Below are positions 23,077 to 35,600 of a stretch of DNA of 64,000 nucleotides, piece by piece. The notes below the pieces were generated by a model. The model searched no databases and was not told the DNA's origin. It saw only the letters and a program-made list of their open reading frames with translations. A program made the translations under genes and the position numbers. Source of the stretch: Owenia fusiformis. Its lineage: Eukaryota. The stretch covers positions 29,822,001 through 29,886,000 of the forward strand of contig CAIIXF020000001.1 of assembly GCA_903813345.2 (NCBI GenBank). The letters run 5' to 3'. Every line of letters starts with the position of its first letter. Positions within the stretch are counted from its first letter, which is position 1.

Positions 23077-23899
23077 GATTGTTGAATATCTTCAGTATTG
23101 AGTACACTTCAACATTGGTCTGCAAAAGAGATGTTTGATGATATTTGGCTCTCATCATTTGGATGAACTTTTTTTCAGTATGAGATGGTTAGATGGTTAG
23201 GTGAATAGATAAGATGAACAGAGACCAAAATTTAGGTACAGCTGGAAAATAACATTTTGGTAAAAAATTGCTATACCTGCACATGTTATTTTCTGGTACA
23301 TAATAAACTATGAAGGCATGTGTTAATTTCCTTGCTTTTTTCAGGAAAGTATCATTACATTGTCTTCTTTTAGTATATCTGGTAAGAGTTCAATGGGAAC
23401 TCCAGAAAATTCTGATATTTCACACTTTCTATTTTTCCAAATTTTTTTTCAAAGTTTCCAGACAACACAGGAGGTACCATTGACCTGTTTCCAAGTCAAG
23501 TGAATGTTTTTCTGCCAAATTTCAAAATGGCGTTTTCTGCTCGGACATTTTCGTAAATCTCTGGAGGTTGGCCAAACCTAACTCATTCTCAAAATTTATT
23601 TCATTCATTGTGTATCTCACTCCTAGCAAACCACCATATTGGAAATGGGTCGAAAAAACATTCACTCGAACAATTTACAAGTCTTGATTGAAAAAGAAGT
23701 ATTTCAGCACTCCAATACTTGCACGGATGGATGATACTGATGTAAGACACAGTTAGAGACCAAAAGTAAGACCAAAAGTAAGCCGCTGATCTCATTATTC
23801 ATGTTTTAAAGCTTTCGCAGGAAGTAAATCATGCATATTTCACGTCAAAATGACATACAGGTAACCTCTTTTTATTACCTGTTAACTTTCCCATTGACA

Positions 23900-24026
23900 T
23901 GGTTTCTCCCTTATTCCATCCTTGTTGAACTGCCTGTGTATTTGCAGCCATCTGGTACGCCTGTGCATACTGTACCAGATGGTTGCAAATACACAGGCAG
24001 TTCAACAAGGAATAAGGGAGAAACCA
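23900..24026. other. Near-perfect ~55-bp-stem hairpin
   Basis: CCTTGTTGAACTGCCTGTGTATTTGCAGCCATCTGGTAC, a 13-nt loop, then its reverse complement with one G-T pair; outer stem TGGTTTCTCCCTTATT / AATAAGGGAGAAACCA. Confidence 0.85.
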
Positions 24027-24601
24027 CCATCTACATGTATCTCTGCGTATAGAACAGTACCCAGACAGGCTCTCCTCAGAGCCACAGGTTGCATCCAATC
24101 TACAAGCAAGGAAACACTAGAAATTCTGACACACTGCACTCCTATTGACATACTGTTCAAATCCAGACAGGCTCAGGAATTTGCCAGATAATGATCTACA
24201 GTTGGAACTATTGGTCTGAATGAAAAGCTGCACGGAAAGTATGAATGGGTTGTCTGCTGTATTAATCTATTAATACAGTAAGACCTGTTCATGATGCTTT
24301 ATAATTTAGACCAAAGTATAGAAAAATACACGCATGTGTAAATTATAAAATCAACGAACAAACATTCAATTTTCACAAATGTTCAGTAATTTATCGTATT
24401 GAAACTTCCAGATCCTACTAGGAAATCATTAATTTTCACGGTCCATAAGTTACCTCTTGGATATTGTGCTAAATGCTCTATAGTTGACGCAACAAAGGTG
24501 ATATGGTTTCATTGAAATGTGTCTTCTAACCTCTAGAGGGTTTAAGCAAGGCTCCTAATCTTCAGGTAAATCTTATTATTCAAGTTCTACCGACGAATTC
24601 A

Positions 24602-26379
24602 CATAGCTGTCAAGTGTCCCGCGAATGGCGGGATTATCCCGCAAATTTGATCAAAATTTGGCTAATTCGCGTGTCCCGCAATGTCCCGCGAAGTCACGCT
24701 AATGTCGGCTTTGACCTCCGCGAATTTTCAAAATTGTAACAATCCCCGAGGCTAAATAATTGTGATTATCTTGTGATATAAGAAGCTAAGTTTTTGCGCT
24801 TTTGAGGAATAAAATTTGAAAAGTGCTGCCAAACTCCCAGTGCATCAGATCATCGTAGACTGCTTTTGAAAAGAGCATATAGTCCATTTATAAAACTGCG
24901 ATTTTGATCCAAATAACGCCATAGTTGGCTTCTCAAGTACCTAGTATGCCATTATTTGGTATCAAAATAAAGAGGAAAAGTGCAATTTTCATTTTAATTA
25001 CGAAAAATAGGGATGTTATGTCACGTTTAGTTCCAACGTTGACCTTTTTACTACGCGTGTCACGGCCTTCATCTAAGAACTGAGCAAATGTTAGCAAACG
25101 CGAGTTCCAATAAATGGACACTGATATCTCGAAAAGAAACCTGACTCCCTATAATTTGATTTAGATTAATCCAACCCCAATTTGAATAGGTACATTTTAA
25201 TATGTAACACTATGGGGGGGGGGTAAATGTTTCATAGTTGGTCACGAACACCATAAGTGCAAAGTATTGTTCAGAATTTTTGAATTTCGTGGATTACGGT
25301 ACTCACAACTAAAGCGTGGTTTTTTGATACAGGGTGGTCAAAAAATGATCATGGAAACCCTGCATTTTCCTTATATCTTTGTCACTTTAAGAAATTACTC
25401 CCTGATATTTCACACATTTGTACATCATTCAATTTTCTACCGCCCTACCATATTTCATAACCATCGGACTGATAGACACAATTTTACAGCACTTAGAATA
25501 ACATGCTTCAGATTTGGCCATTATCGCGCTGTAGGCAAAACAGCACAGTTGTCAATGAGCCGAATGGATTCCTCAGCAGGTATGGCCTGAATGACACAAA
25601 TGATCTCACTTTTGAGGTTTGCAATTGTCCTGAGGTCATTCATGTACTCTATCTCTGCCTATATCCCCACAGGTAGGGACATTTTAGACGAAGAGTCAAG
25701 TTTCCCCACAACCCAATAGTGGCCACTGGGCATGTTCTTTAGAGTACTGTAACATTGTGACTATCAATCTGATGGTCGTGAAATAAAATAGGCTGGAGGC
25801 AAATTCAATGATGTACAAAAGTGTAAAATATCAGGGAGTTATTTTTTAAAATGACAAAGATATGAGGAAAATGGTATTAGGGTTTCCATATTTTTGACCA
25901 CCCTGAAGTTTAATAATATTTCTATGCGTATTGTGTGGAATTGTGTTGACGTTTACTTAAGTTAAGTGCATTATATTTGATAAATCAGTATCTGAAAGTT
26001 TGATTTGAGAACTTTTCATTAAGCCCCAATCACGTAAATCCTTTTCAAGAATGTCCTGCGACATCCCACAAATTTAGGTGGATGTCCCACAAAATCCCGC
26101 GAATTTAGGGCACTTTGTCTAAAAAATCTGTCCCTCTATGAAGTCTTTGGTGGTAACCCTGTTACTGTCCCGCAATTAGCATGTTTGTCCCTCGAATGGT
26201 CCCGCGAAATCCCGTGAATTTGATCAAAATTTGACCTATTAGCGCAATCACGCAAATCCCTTAAATGTCCCGCGAAATCCCGCGAATTTAGGTGGATGTC
26301 CCGCGAAATCCCGCGAATTTTTGGCACTAGGTCTAAAAAATCTGTCCCGCGAGAAAATCTTTGGGGGTTGACAGTACTG
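24602..26379. mobile_element. hAT-like non-autonomous element with TCCCGCGAA subterminal repeats
   Basis: CATAGCTGTCAA / TTGACAGTACTG ends with clustered TCCCGCGAA motifs at both sides; TSD not clear. Confidence 0.5.
25330..25905. mobile_element. Tc1/mariner-type MITE
   Basis: TA|CAGGGTGGTCAAAAA ... TTTTTGACCACCCTG with long degenerate TIRs. Confidence 0.65.
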
Positions 26380-26611
26380 CAGTCAGGCCACGAAAAAGAC
26401 TCTAGATACTGTAGGCCTACCCCCTAAAATTTTTATATTTCATATTTTGTACTAGGCTTATTTAGCACAGTGAGCACCATCAATCTTCATTATTCAGTTA
26501 TTATGTTAGATATTAGATAGATGGTGCTGACTATGCTATAGACTCTCATCCACTGATGCAAATACACAGGCCGTCCAACTGTCCCGCAAGTTGCGTATTT
26601 GTCAAGCATTT

Positions 26612-26861
26612 CAGTGGCGGATCTGGGCCCAAAAAAATTAAGGCCCCAAAAAGTGGGCCTTTTTGGTCATTACTCTGCCTTCTTAGGCCTTATTTTTCAA
26701 TTTCATGCCAAAATTAGAAGAAAATGGGCCTCAAAATTTCTAAGTTTTGGCCCACTTTTCAGTTTTATGGGCCCAAAATTTTTTTTCGCGAAAGCACGGA
26801 CGTTTTTTTCCTCCGACTGGAAAATTTGGGCCCCCATTGTTGGTTCCTGGATCCGCCACTG
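26612..26861. mobile_element. hAT5-like MITE, TSD CATTT
   Basis: CAGTGGCGGATC / GATCCGCCACTG TIRs with a 5-bp TSD; relatives at 57569-57759 and ~3000-3160. Confidence 0.8.
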
Positions 26862-27242
26862 CATTTGCTTGAAAATTTGAAGTCACGCCAGTTAATTGCA
26901 TGACAGAATAATGTATGTCATGCAAATACGCATTTTACCTGATTATTGTCCACGGACCTCTGCCAGATTACTCCTCTGTGTCTAGGCTCAATAAAGCTAA
27001 CATAAAAATAGGGGCTGTATCCGGCTCCGGATCTGTGCACAGCTGGGGTCTATGTGGTAGAGCCCATGGTGCACACTGCACAGGAACCTGTATCAACACC
27101 TGACAGTTACAGTGACATCTATCGGTGACAGAACCCTGGGAATATATCTCTTATACAACATGTACATGTATGTATTTAAGAGGTAAAGTGATATTTCCGG
27201 GGTTCGGTCAAAAATAAATGTCACTGTCAGGTGTTGATACAG

Positions 27243-28573
27243 CACGGTGTATAACCCAAACGCTCCTACATGCACGATGGAGCGTTTCATTTACGCGGAA
27301 ACGCTCCGGAGCGAAATAAAATGGCGGCTAATGAAGATTCCACTATGACCGTCATTATTGTTTCTCTCGTTTCTCTTACATATCATATGTTATGGTGAAA
27401 TATTATGTACCATTCGATGGACAATACCGTGAGTAAAGATCTTATTTATTCAACTTCTGGTGGTAAACTGTTATTTGCTTGATCTAAGCTCCGTAGTGTA
27501 GATCGAACGAATCTGAAGATGACGATTTGACCACAAATTGCGAATTAAACTAGTATTTCTATGAAAACGTTAATCTTTCTGTTAAAATAGTAGATCACAA
27601 ACTCGTATATTCTCATTTCCTAAAATCCCAGTCCAAATCCATTACTTGTTCTTAAGAAATCGCTTGTTTTCCTCGAAACGCTCCGTCGATTTAGAACACA
27701 ATTTTAGAAACGCTCTTACCATTTTGTTTTGATATCATTTTCAGATTATTAGAGAAGAGTTCCGAATCGAATCTTTCTCTCAAAAACGTGTTGTACTTGT
27801 TAGGTAAATTGAAACATCTGAACCTGGTGGTGCCAAACCTGCAACTAGCTGATTTAAGCCTACATTAGATGATGTCATGCCTACATGTGTGCTAAATCAT
27901 AAAACTATAGAAAAAAACGAAAATCTATATGTGAATTAATCTTTCTTCTTTTGATGCCAAGGGGTATGATAGATCTTTTCTTTCTCTTCCAGAAAAGGAA
28001 AGGCAAGCTATATATTTCCTAAACAGATCTAGACTACCGGAGCGTTTCCAGTTCACTGTATTAACCAGATCGGAGCGTTTCTTGAATATGAGAATGTCAT
28101 CATTTTTAAGACTGGATTTTCGGTCATCAGATCACTATTACGATAATGTATGGTGCGTTGAAGCATTGGAAATTGACTAAAATATACATTGGTGCTCTAA
28201 TCTTTGCTCAAATAATCACTTGTATCGACCATGGGCTCTACCACCTCTGATAGAGCCCATGTATCGACAAAAGGGGTTTTGACCGGTAGAATGACAAATA
28301 CCTTTTTGGATTTTGATAACTATACTGCTTCGTATAGCTCTTCCTAATTGCTTCAAACGTCAACAGCCAGCCAATAACAACATGAATATCACACCCATCG
28401 AATGGTATACTCGAAATATGTAACTCATACCTCTTAATCCCATTATTGGGGAAATCGTCAGACGGCTCATCATTCCCGCCAGCCAGTTTTCCTACTCCGG
28501 AGCGTTTCTTTGTTTAATTTCAGTAATGAAACGCTCCGTCGTGTATGTAGGAGCGTTTGGGTTATACACCGTG
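27243..28573. mobile_element. Transib/RAG-like non-autonomous element, TSD TACAG
   Basis: ~50-bp TIR starting CACGGTGTATAACCCAAACGCTCC, 5-bp TSD at 27238-27242 and 28574-28578, internal AAACGCTCC repeats. Confidence 0.75.
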
Positions 28574-29044
28574 TACAGGTTCCTGTGGATCTGTGTGACT
28601 GTGTTATTGTCAAGGAAGCAAAAATATTCCTGTAAACCAAAGAGTGATCGCCGATACAGCACAAAACCGAACGCAGAAAAAAAACGAACGCATTTCGTTC
28701 GGACTTTTCGCGCGGATGCCATAATGTCACGCATTTTTCTCGAAATATTTCGTGTAAGGTGTTCCCAAGTTGACAGGCCTGAATCCTTGACTCATTTATT
28801 TACGTGTTTATGGTCCAAACTACTACCTAAATTAGCCTTCACAAATGAATCACGGACTTTCTGGTCCGTGCTGATGACTCGAACTCTGCTAGGCTGCTAG
28901 TCTTCACGGGAACTCGGAGAGCGCATCAATGGTATAGTTTTGATATGCTGGCTTATATGGACTCAATCCTAGTCTAATATAGGCCATAGAAACTCTGCAT
29001 CTAAGCATTATAGTACTTTACAAGTTTCTGTGCTACCGCCTAGT

Positions 29045-29195
29045 GGGAGTTTCGACTTCGAGACTATTCTTTTACGGGGAATCCCCTCCTTGAGATCAAT
29101 TATATATGTGTGAATTTACAAATTTCAACATTAGTTCATACTCCGCCACGCAACGCAACGTACGTCGAGCTTGATATTCTGGTTTCATTACAAAG
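29045..29195 (+). promoter_or_regulatory. Putative TRAF promoter and non-coding first exon
   Basis: kB site GGGGAATCCCC at 29076-29086, TATATA at 29101, Inr-like TTAGTT at 29131 (~30 bp later), donor CAAAG|gtacg at 29195. It would splice to the acceptor at 32273. Confidence 0.55.
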
Positions 29196-29311
29196 GTACG
29201 CATTTTTATATCATCTATTTCTAGGCTAATAAGGATTCGAGGCTCTTGGAAAATAACCTATTCATAAATGGTGGAAACCTTAGACTGGCAAAAAGGGGAA
29301 TACCACCTCTG

Positions 29312-29910
29312 CTTACTCACTTCGAGAGCCATGTTAGATTTTGAAACTTATGGCTCTCAAACGGAGAAGTGAACAGCTGATCAATAGTGACCTTTGAAAC
29401 TGAATTAAGTCGATCCGCGGCTTACTTTTGGTCTCTAACTGTGTCTTACATCAGTATCATCAATCCGTGTAAGTATTGGAGCGCTGGAGTACTTCTTTTT
29501 CGATCAAGACTTGTAAATTGTTCATCGAGTTAAAGTTTTACAGACCTATTTCCAATATGGCGGACTGCTAGGTGCGAGATACGCAACGAACGAAATGAAT
29601 TTTGAGAATTAGTTAGGTTCGGACAACCTCCGGAGATTTACGAAAATGTCCGAGCAGAAACCGCCATATTGGAATTTGGCAGTAAAACGATTCACTCGAC
29701 CTAACAATTACAAGTCTTGATCGAAAAAGAAGTACTCCAGCGCTCCAATACTTACACGGATTGATGATACTGATGTAAGACACAGTTAGAGACCAAAAGT
29801 AAGCCGCGGATCTACTTAATTCGATTTCAAAGGTCACGATCACTGAGCTGTCCAAATGCTCCGTGGGAAAGCTATTATATCAAAATCCAAATAGCTTTCG
29901 CAGGAAGTAA
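29312..29910. mobile_element. Foldback MITE (diverged copy at ~23500-23828)
   Basis: ~250-bp inverted arms (..CCGCGGCTTACTTTTGGTCTCTAACTGTGTC..) around a ~95-bp core. Confidence 0.8.
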
Positions 29911-30448
29911 ACCTCTGCCAGATTACCTCTTCTTGGTGTCTAGGCTCAGAAAATATACACATTTATTCTTTGAGCTTATTACCAATGTGGCTGGATCTGG
30001 CTCCGGATCTGTGGGAAATACCATAAGATCAGGGGTGTAGCAGAACTCTAAATAATTTGGGTATACAGTTTGGAACATAAATAAATGACAGCTGCTGAAG
30101 TGAGGATTTCCCATGTTAAAATAACAGAATTTTCAAGAGGCCATACATCAGTGGATGAGACTATATAAAACGTAAAATATATAAATTTTAAGGGATATGT
30201 ATCTAGACAATATTGGAAATTATGGGCTTTCACACGACCATGATTAGGAAATGTTGATACATTATAGACCTGTAATTTTGTTCCCAACTGTAGGTTGGTA
30301 AAATCAGACGACGAGGTTTGGGACAAATCACTCAAGAAGTGGATTTTGTAGTTAATATACCAATATTTCAGGAAATTTACTCCCTTTTATAAGTCTGAGA
30401 GGAAGTATACATGAAAACTTTCAATCTTGAGAGGAAATTAACGGCTTT

Positions 30449-30932
30449 AAAAACCTCCTACCTCATACCCACCTACCCACATACGTTGGACATGCTACAG
30501 TCTTTGAAGGGTTTAATTTTAAAGATCTTAGTTTATGATGAATTATATATGCATTTGTAATAACCCTTGATAGCAAGTTGCTACTATACAGCCCAGCTGG
30601 GTTCGATTCCCACTCGGGGCATCGAATTGAGCACACTTTCTTTCAATTTCTTTATCTGGCTTGTTGGACCTACTGTATGCTCGCTGTCGTTAGTTAGTTA
30701 TTCCCCTGGGGCGCCCTCCCGGGGCGCCCTCGGGTCATTAGACATTACAATGCACCCATATGCCTTTATTTATGGATCTTTCACCCGTCTAGTCATAAAA
30801 TAAACCCTGAATTGTAGAAATGTTAATAATTAGAGGTATTTCGAGATTTAAAAATCTTTAAAATTGAACCCTTCAATGACTGTATCATGTCCCACTTAGG
30901 TGGGTAGGTGGGTATGAGGTAGGAGGTTTTTT
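30449..30932. mobile_element. MITE with ~80-bp TIRs enclosing a tRNA-like B-box segment
   Basis: AAAACCTCCTACCTCATACCCACCTACCCAC and its reverse complement; internal GGGTTCGATTCCC at ~30599. Confidence 0.7.
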
Positions 30933-31465
30933 ATACAAAGCCGAAATTGACATGGAAAATGCTCAAAAAAAGGGGTCTTTGGCGCGGCACATAGGTATTA
31001 AGAGGTATATTGGAGTGAACCCCCCGGGGTTTTTACCAAGGGGGTTCTAGTTTTTCACCAACTGGGAGTTCATTAAATATTGATTTTTTTACCTAAACCA
31101 AAATACTAGCTCTACTTTGTTTATGGATGGCTATGGTCAGTGGGTAAAAATGCCAAGTTTCAACACAGGAACTTGTACCGACAATTATATTAGCGTGTCC
31201 ACACAGTGAAGTTTCCCGTACCGACAATTTATAGCCTTTACGTTTATAATAAGGGTCTCATTTTGAAGAAAAATCTTTCATCTGTAAGATAAATGTCACT
31301 GCATAACATGAAGACACCATTAAATAATAAATAATTGTTGTCTCTGATACCCATGCTTCAAAACTGGATCTCAATGACAGACTTCCAATTTTCAAACTCA
31401 CTTTCTTGATCTCCCTCTTAATATTTCATCAATCAACTCGATCCTGGTTTGCTCCTACACATATA

Positions 31466-31961
31466 CTGTAAAACGGGTATTGTTAGCGAGGGGTAATTGT
31501 TAGCGATTGTTAGCGATCGCTATAGTTTCGCTAAAAATTCAATTCGCTAAAATAAACTGGGGTTAAAGTAAACCGGGCGCTAAAATTTGCAAATTCCCGG
31601 GAAACTACATGAATAAAACTATAGTATTTAAGGAGCTTTTCGTTCAGTGCTCAACTTCCGGTTTGTAATTTGAAAAAGTTAAATATTATTAAATCGTATG
31701 TTTCTTTCAATATCTAAAGGATAAATAGCCATCCATCCAGTTTGGACCAATACCATGTGCGTTAGAAGTCTTACATTTTGATAATTCCTCTGTCATGTCC
31801 GTTATTCATTCTTCTGCCATAAATGATAAAATTTCTAATGCATTTGGCTAATTTGATGTTTTAAAGATTAATCTTCATTTCGCTAAAATTTCCCGCGTTA
31901 AAACCCCCTAAAATTGAAAAATCGCTAAAATTTCCCGGTGTCAAAATTACCCGTTTTACAG
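31466..31961. mobile_element. TA-flanked MITE (Tc1/mariner-type)
   Basis: TA|CTGTAAAACGGGTA ... TACCCGTTTTACAG|TA; TTAGCG/CGCTAA subterminal repeats. Confidence 0.75.
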
Positions 31962-32309
31962 TATTTCTTACCTCATTTGATTCTAAAAGTTGTGCCTGTC
32001 TCAAATTGCAGAGGTGTCACTTCAGTCTTTAATTAGCCAATATATTTCCAAATGTCTGCTAACTTCATGCAGGAATTATTTCTGAGTACATTACGAGCAT
32101 TACTGATAGAGGTTCGTCCAGTAACTGTATTTAATCTTATTTGGCAATGCTGGAAATGTACTCAGATCCTGAAGAAACCGGAAATCTATGTTTTTTATTT
32201 TCCCATTGTCTCTCTCATTTCTTGCCCAGTTGCTTGCATCCTATGAAGAGCTTTCCTTTTAACTATTTTCCAGCGACATTTTTAGCGCCCTTAAATACAT
32301 ATCAAGAGA

Positions 32310-32633
32310 ATGAGTACAAAACTTTTAGAAGATGCAAAAGGTACAGGAAAGAATAAAGAGGGTTCTGTACCAAAGAGACACTCTGCTGATGCCCATCCAC
32401 AAGGTGTTAGAGGGGAAGCCTCCAGTGATCCTCAGTTTGTCCATAAACTTGATCCAAAGAATGACATTTGTTGTGAATGCAATCATGTATTACAAGATAG
32501 TATACAGACAGCGTGTGGGCACAGGGTGTGCGAGAGACATATTAATGAAAGGCTAGAGAGAGGAGAAATATATACTTGTCCAGGGGGAGATCAAGAATGT
32601 GTTGAAGTTAATAAAGAAAACAGACACTTATTG
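32310..32633 (+). CDS. TRAF3: TRAF exon: N-terminus + RING
   Basis: CCECNHVLQDSIQTACGHRVCERH..CPGGDQEC; acceptor at 32272-32273, donor gtaagg at 32634. Confidence 0.88.
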
Positions 32634-35600
32634 GTAAGGAACTATGTTGCAATATAAAAATTGGCTTTTGAACATGTAGAAATAAAATGTTGAACATGTA
32701 GCAAAATCAATTTCAATAGTTGGGATTCAATATTGAGTCTAAAAGCATTATTCCCATCATCAAATCAAATTTTAATTCAGTGAATGATGCCATCTATAGT
32801 CCCAAGGGCCATTATCATTTAGATTATTTTTTTGCAAATACATGTATAATTGAAAAATGTCTAAATAAATAGTGAAGTCTGTCTCATAGCTAGCTAAAAC
32901 ACATCTAAGATGTATGTATGCCCAGTTTTAACCATAACCTCGTTATTTTTTCATAATTTGATTATTAATGTCTTTTAATCATTACTTAAATATCCTTTCA
33001 GGCCTTCCCAGATTATTTTGCAAGAAAACATATCTCAACTTTACTTGTGTACTGCCCCAATAAGGAACATGGCTGCCCAGAACAAATACCTTGGAAATCT
33101 TTACAAGTAAGTAACAAGCGTGATCTGACATTACATGAATTTATTTATATTTTTGGAAAAACCTGTTTTACATGTTCCCCATGAACCTAAGTTAAAATTC
33201 TGAAGATTTTCCAAGTTAGCCTTTATTATATGAGAGAGGAAGCGACACTCTTCATTTGATGCTACTGTACTCTTTGCACATGTATTTGAATTCAGATTGT
33301 TCACAGAATGCCTGGCCAAGCAATTATGATTTCATATTTATATTTTCAGGAACATATGGCAAAATGTGATTATATCAAGATTGAATGCAAAAATGAAGGA
33401 TGTAGTGAGCTTATTCTTGCTAAGAATATGGAGGAACATATGAAAAATCAGTGTATCTTTAGAATTGATAGCTGTCCGAAATGCAAAATGCCAACCCCAC
33501 ATGCACTTATTAATGTAAGTTTACATTATGTTCGTGTTAAAATACATTACAAGGAAGAAACAATCCTTTTCTTCAAAGTGATTGATTAATATCATGACAT
33601 TGTACAAATTGTTTTCCTAAAAGTAAAGAGTTTGTATTCACTATTCACTATGTTTATTCATATACATGTATAATAGTACTTTCTGTCTCTTAAGAAATTA
33701 ACAATATTTTCTGCATATGTAGCAATTATTTTATGATGTATTATTACAAGACCTATTCCTCTTCAATACATTCATATTTTTGGTGATAATGAAACTGCTT
33801 CTAATTCCCACCTTTTTATGCATTTCTTTGAATAAAATACAATGATTGACAGAATAGTTCCTTACATTCCAAGCAACATTTAGAGTATGACGAAACTCAC
33901 ATACATACCAAGTATTAGACTGTCGCCCACCCTGGTGTATGTATCAATGATGTATACCGATGTATAATTACTATATGAAATATATGTTTTGCTTATAGGA
34001 TCATTTATTAAATCATTGTGATGAAGAATTAATAAAATGCCCATATAAATGTGGATTGGAGTTTAAAAGAAGGGAAAAGGAAGCCCATGAGAAAACTTGT
34101 ACATCTAAACCTAAAGCCTGTGAATTAAGTTCATTGGGGTGTGATTTTAAGGTAAGAATTGCAGCATTAAAAAATATAGATCAATTAGAATACTTTATAT
34201 GTAATTTGTACACTTATAATAGTCAAATCAAGTACTATACCTCTGGAATAATTTTAAGATGATCTAGGATGAAGGAAAGATCTTGTTCTGTCATTTTGGA
34301 TGATATATGTGAGGTTTCACACAACAGGTTATATTGCTAAAACATATCTGCAACTGTGTTACATTTTAATTAACTACTATGCATAAATATAGTGAATGCG
34401 ATACAGATTTCAGATACGTTGGGCTAAAAACATTGAGCAAAACCTATCTAGCCCAATGTATTAAAAGACTACAGTACTTACAATGTATTATAAGTTATTG
34501 AATGATTTGAAGTGTAATACAGGATATATTCTGCTCGAGAAATTCTGTATTGGAACGAGACAAAGTGGAGTGCCAATACAAAATTTCGAGACAGAATATA
34601 TCCTGTATTGCACTTCAAATCATTCAATAGCGTTTTTATAGTGTGATCTTCTGTATTGCTACTGAGATTGTCCCCTCCGTACCAATATTGGTACAGCACA
34701 TGAACTGACCAATCAGAGGGCTTCATTTTACAGATCATACGATATTATATTTTTCAGTTGCATTCTCATTGTCATGATGCACTCACTGCAGACTTGCCAT
34801 CCTAAAATGAAAAATTTTTGGGGAGATTTAAAAAAAAATTGCGGTACTTTTATGGGAGTTTTTTCAAAATGTTTTTGCGGTAAATTTTGAAAAAAAAACC
34901 GGAGTTTTTACGGGAGATTTTGAAAAAACAGGAGTTTTTACGGGAGATTTTTTAAAAAAGGTATTTTTCGCGGTACATCTTAAAAAACGTGACTTTTTAC
35001 GGAAGATTTCAGAAAAAACGGGAGTTTTTGCGCTAGGTTCTGAAAAAACGGGAGTTTTTACGGGAGGTTTTGAAAATAAATCTTTGGTCTCATAGCTTGT
35101 AAACCATGTGCTGTAGTAAAGCGCTCTGATAATTGGACTACTTGATCAGCTGACACTGTATCATGTTCCCTTAAAAACATTCGCATTTCCCTACTACAAG
35201 CTGCCATGTACTGCTCTCGAAGTAGAAGATCTTTTAAGGCATCAAATGTTTTCTCTGTTTTTGCTAATTCCATCCATCTTGAAAGATATCTTTCTAATCT
35301 ACACATGAACTGGGTCGGTGACTCCTTCAGTTCAGGATGACTAGTGAAAAACTTTTTGCGGAAACCGCTTTCAGTCATTTGATAACATTTAAGGAGTGCT
35401 TCCTTGAGCTTTTCATAATCATCACCAACTAATTGATTTGTTCTATTGTAAACATTGAGTGCTTCACCAGATAAAAGGTTTCCCAAATACATACAATAGT
35501 TTTCCTGTGGCCAGTTTTGACTAATTGCATACCTTTCCATTCTTTCCAAATATGCATCCATACTATCTTTCTCCTCATTAAAAGGTGGCATTTTCGGTGC

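Larger units (their letters stand above)
26567..28781. mobile_element. hAT6-like element hosting several nested insertions
   Basis: CAGGCCGTCCAACTGTCCCGC / GTTGACAGGCCTG ends; same family as 58381-58874. Confidence 0.65.

Noticed and set aside
30570-30625. tRNA gene
   Set aside because: Only a T-arm/B-box is recognisable; no full cloverleaf.
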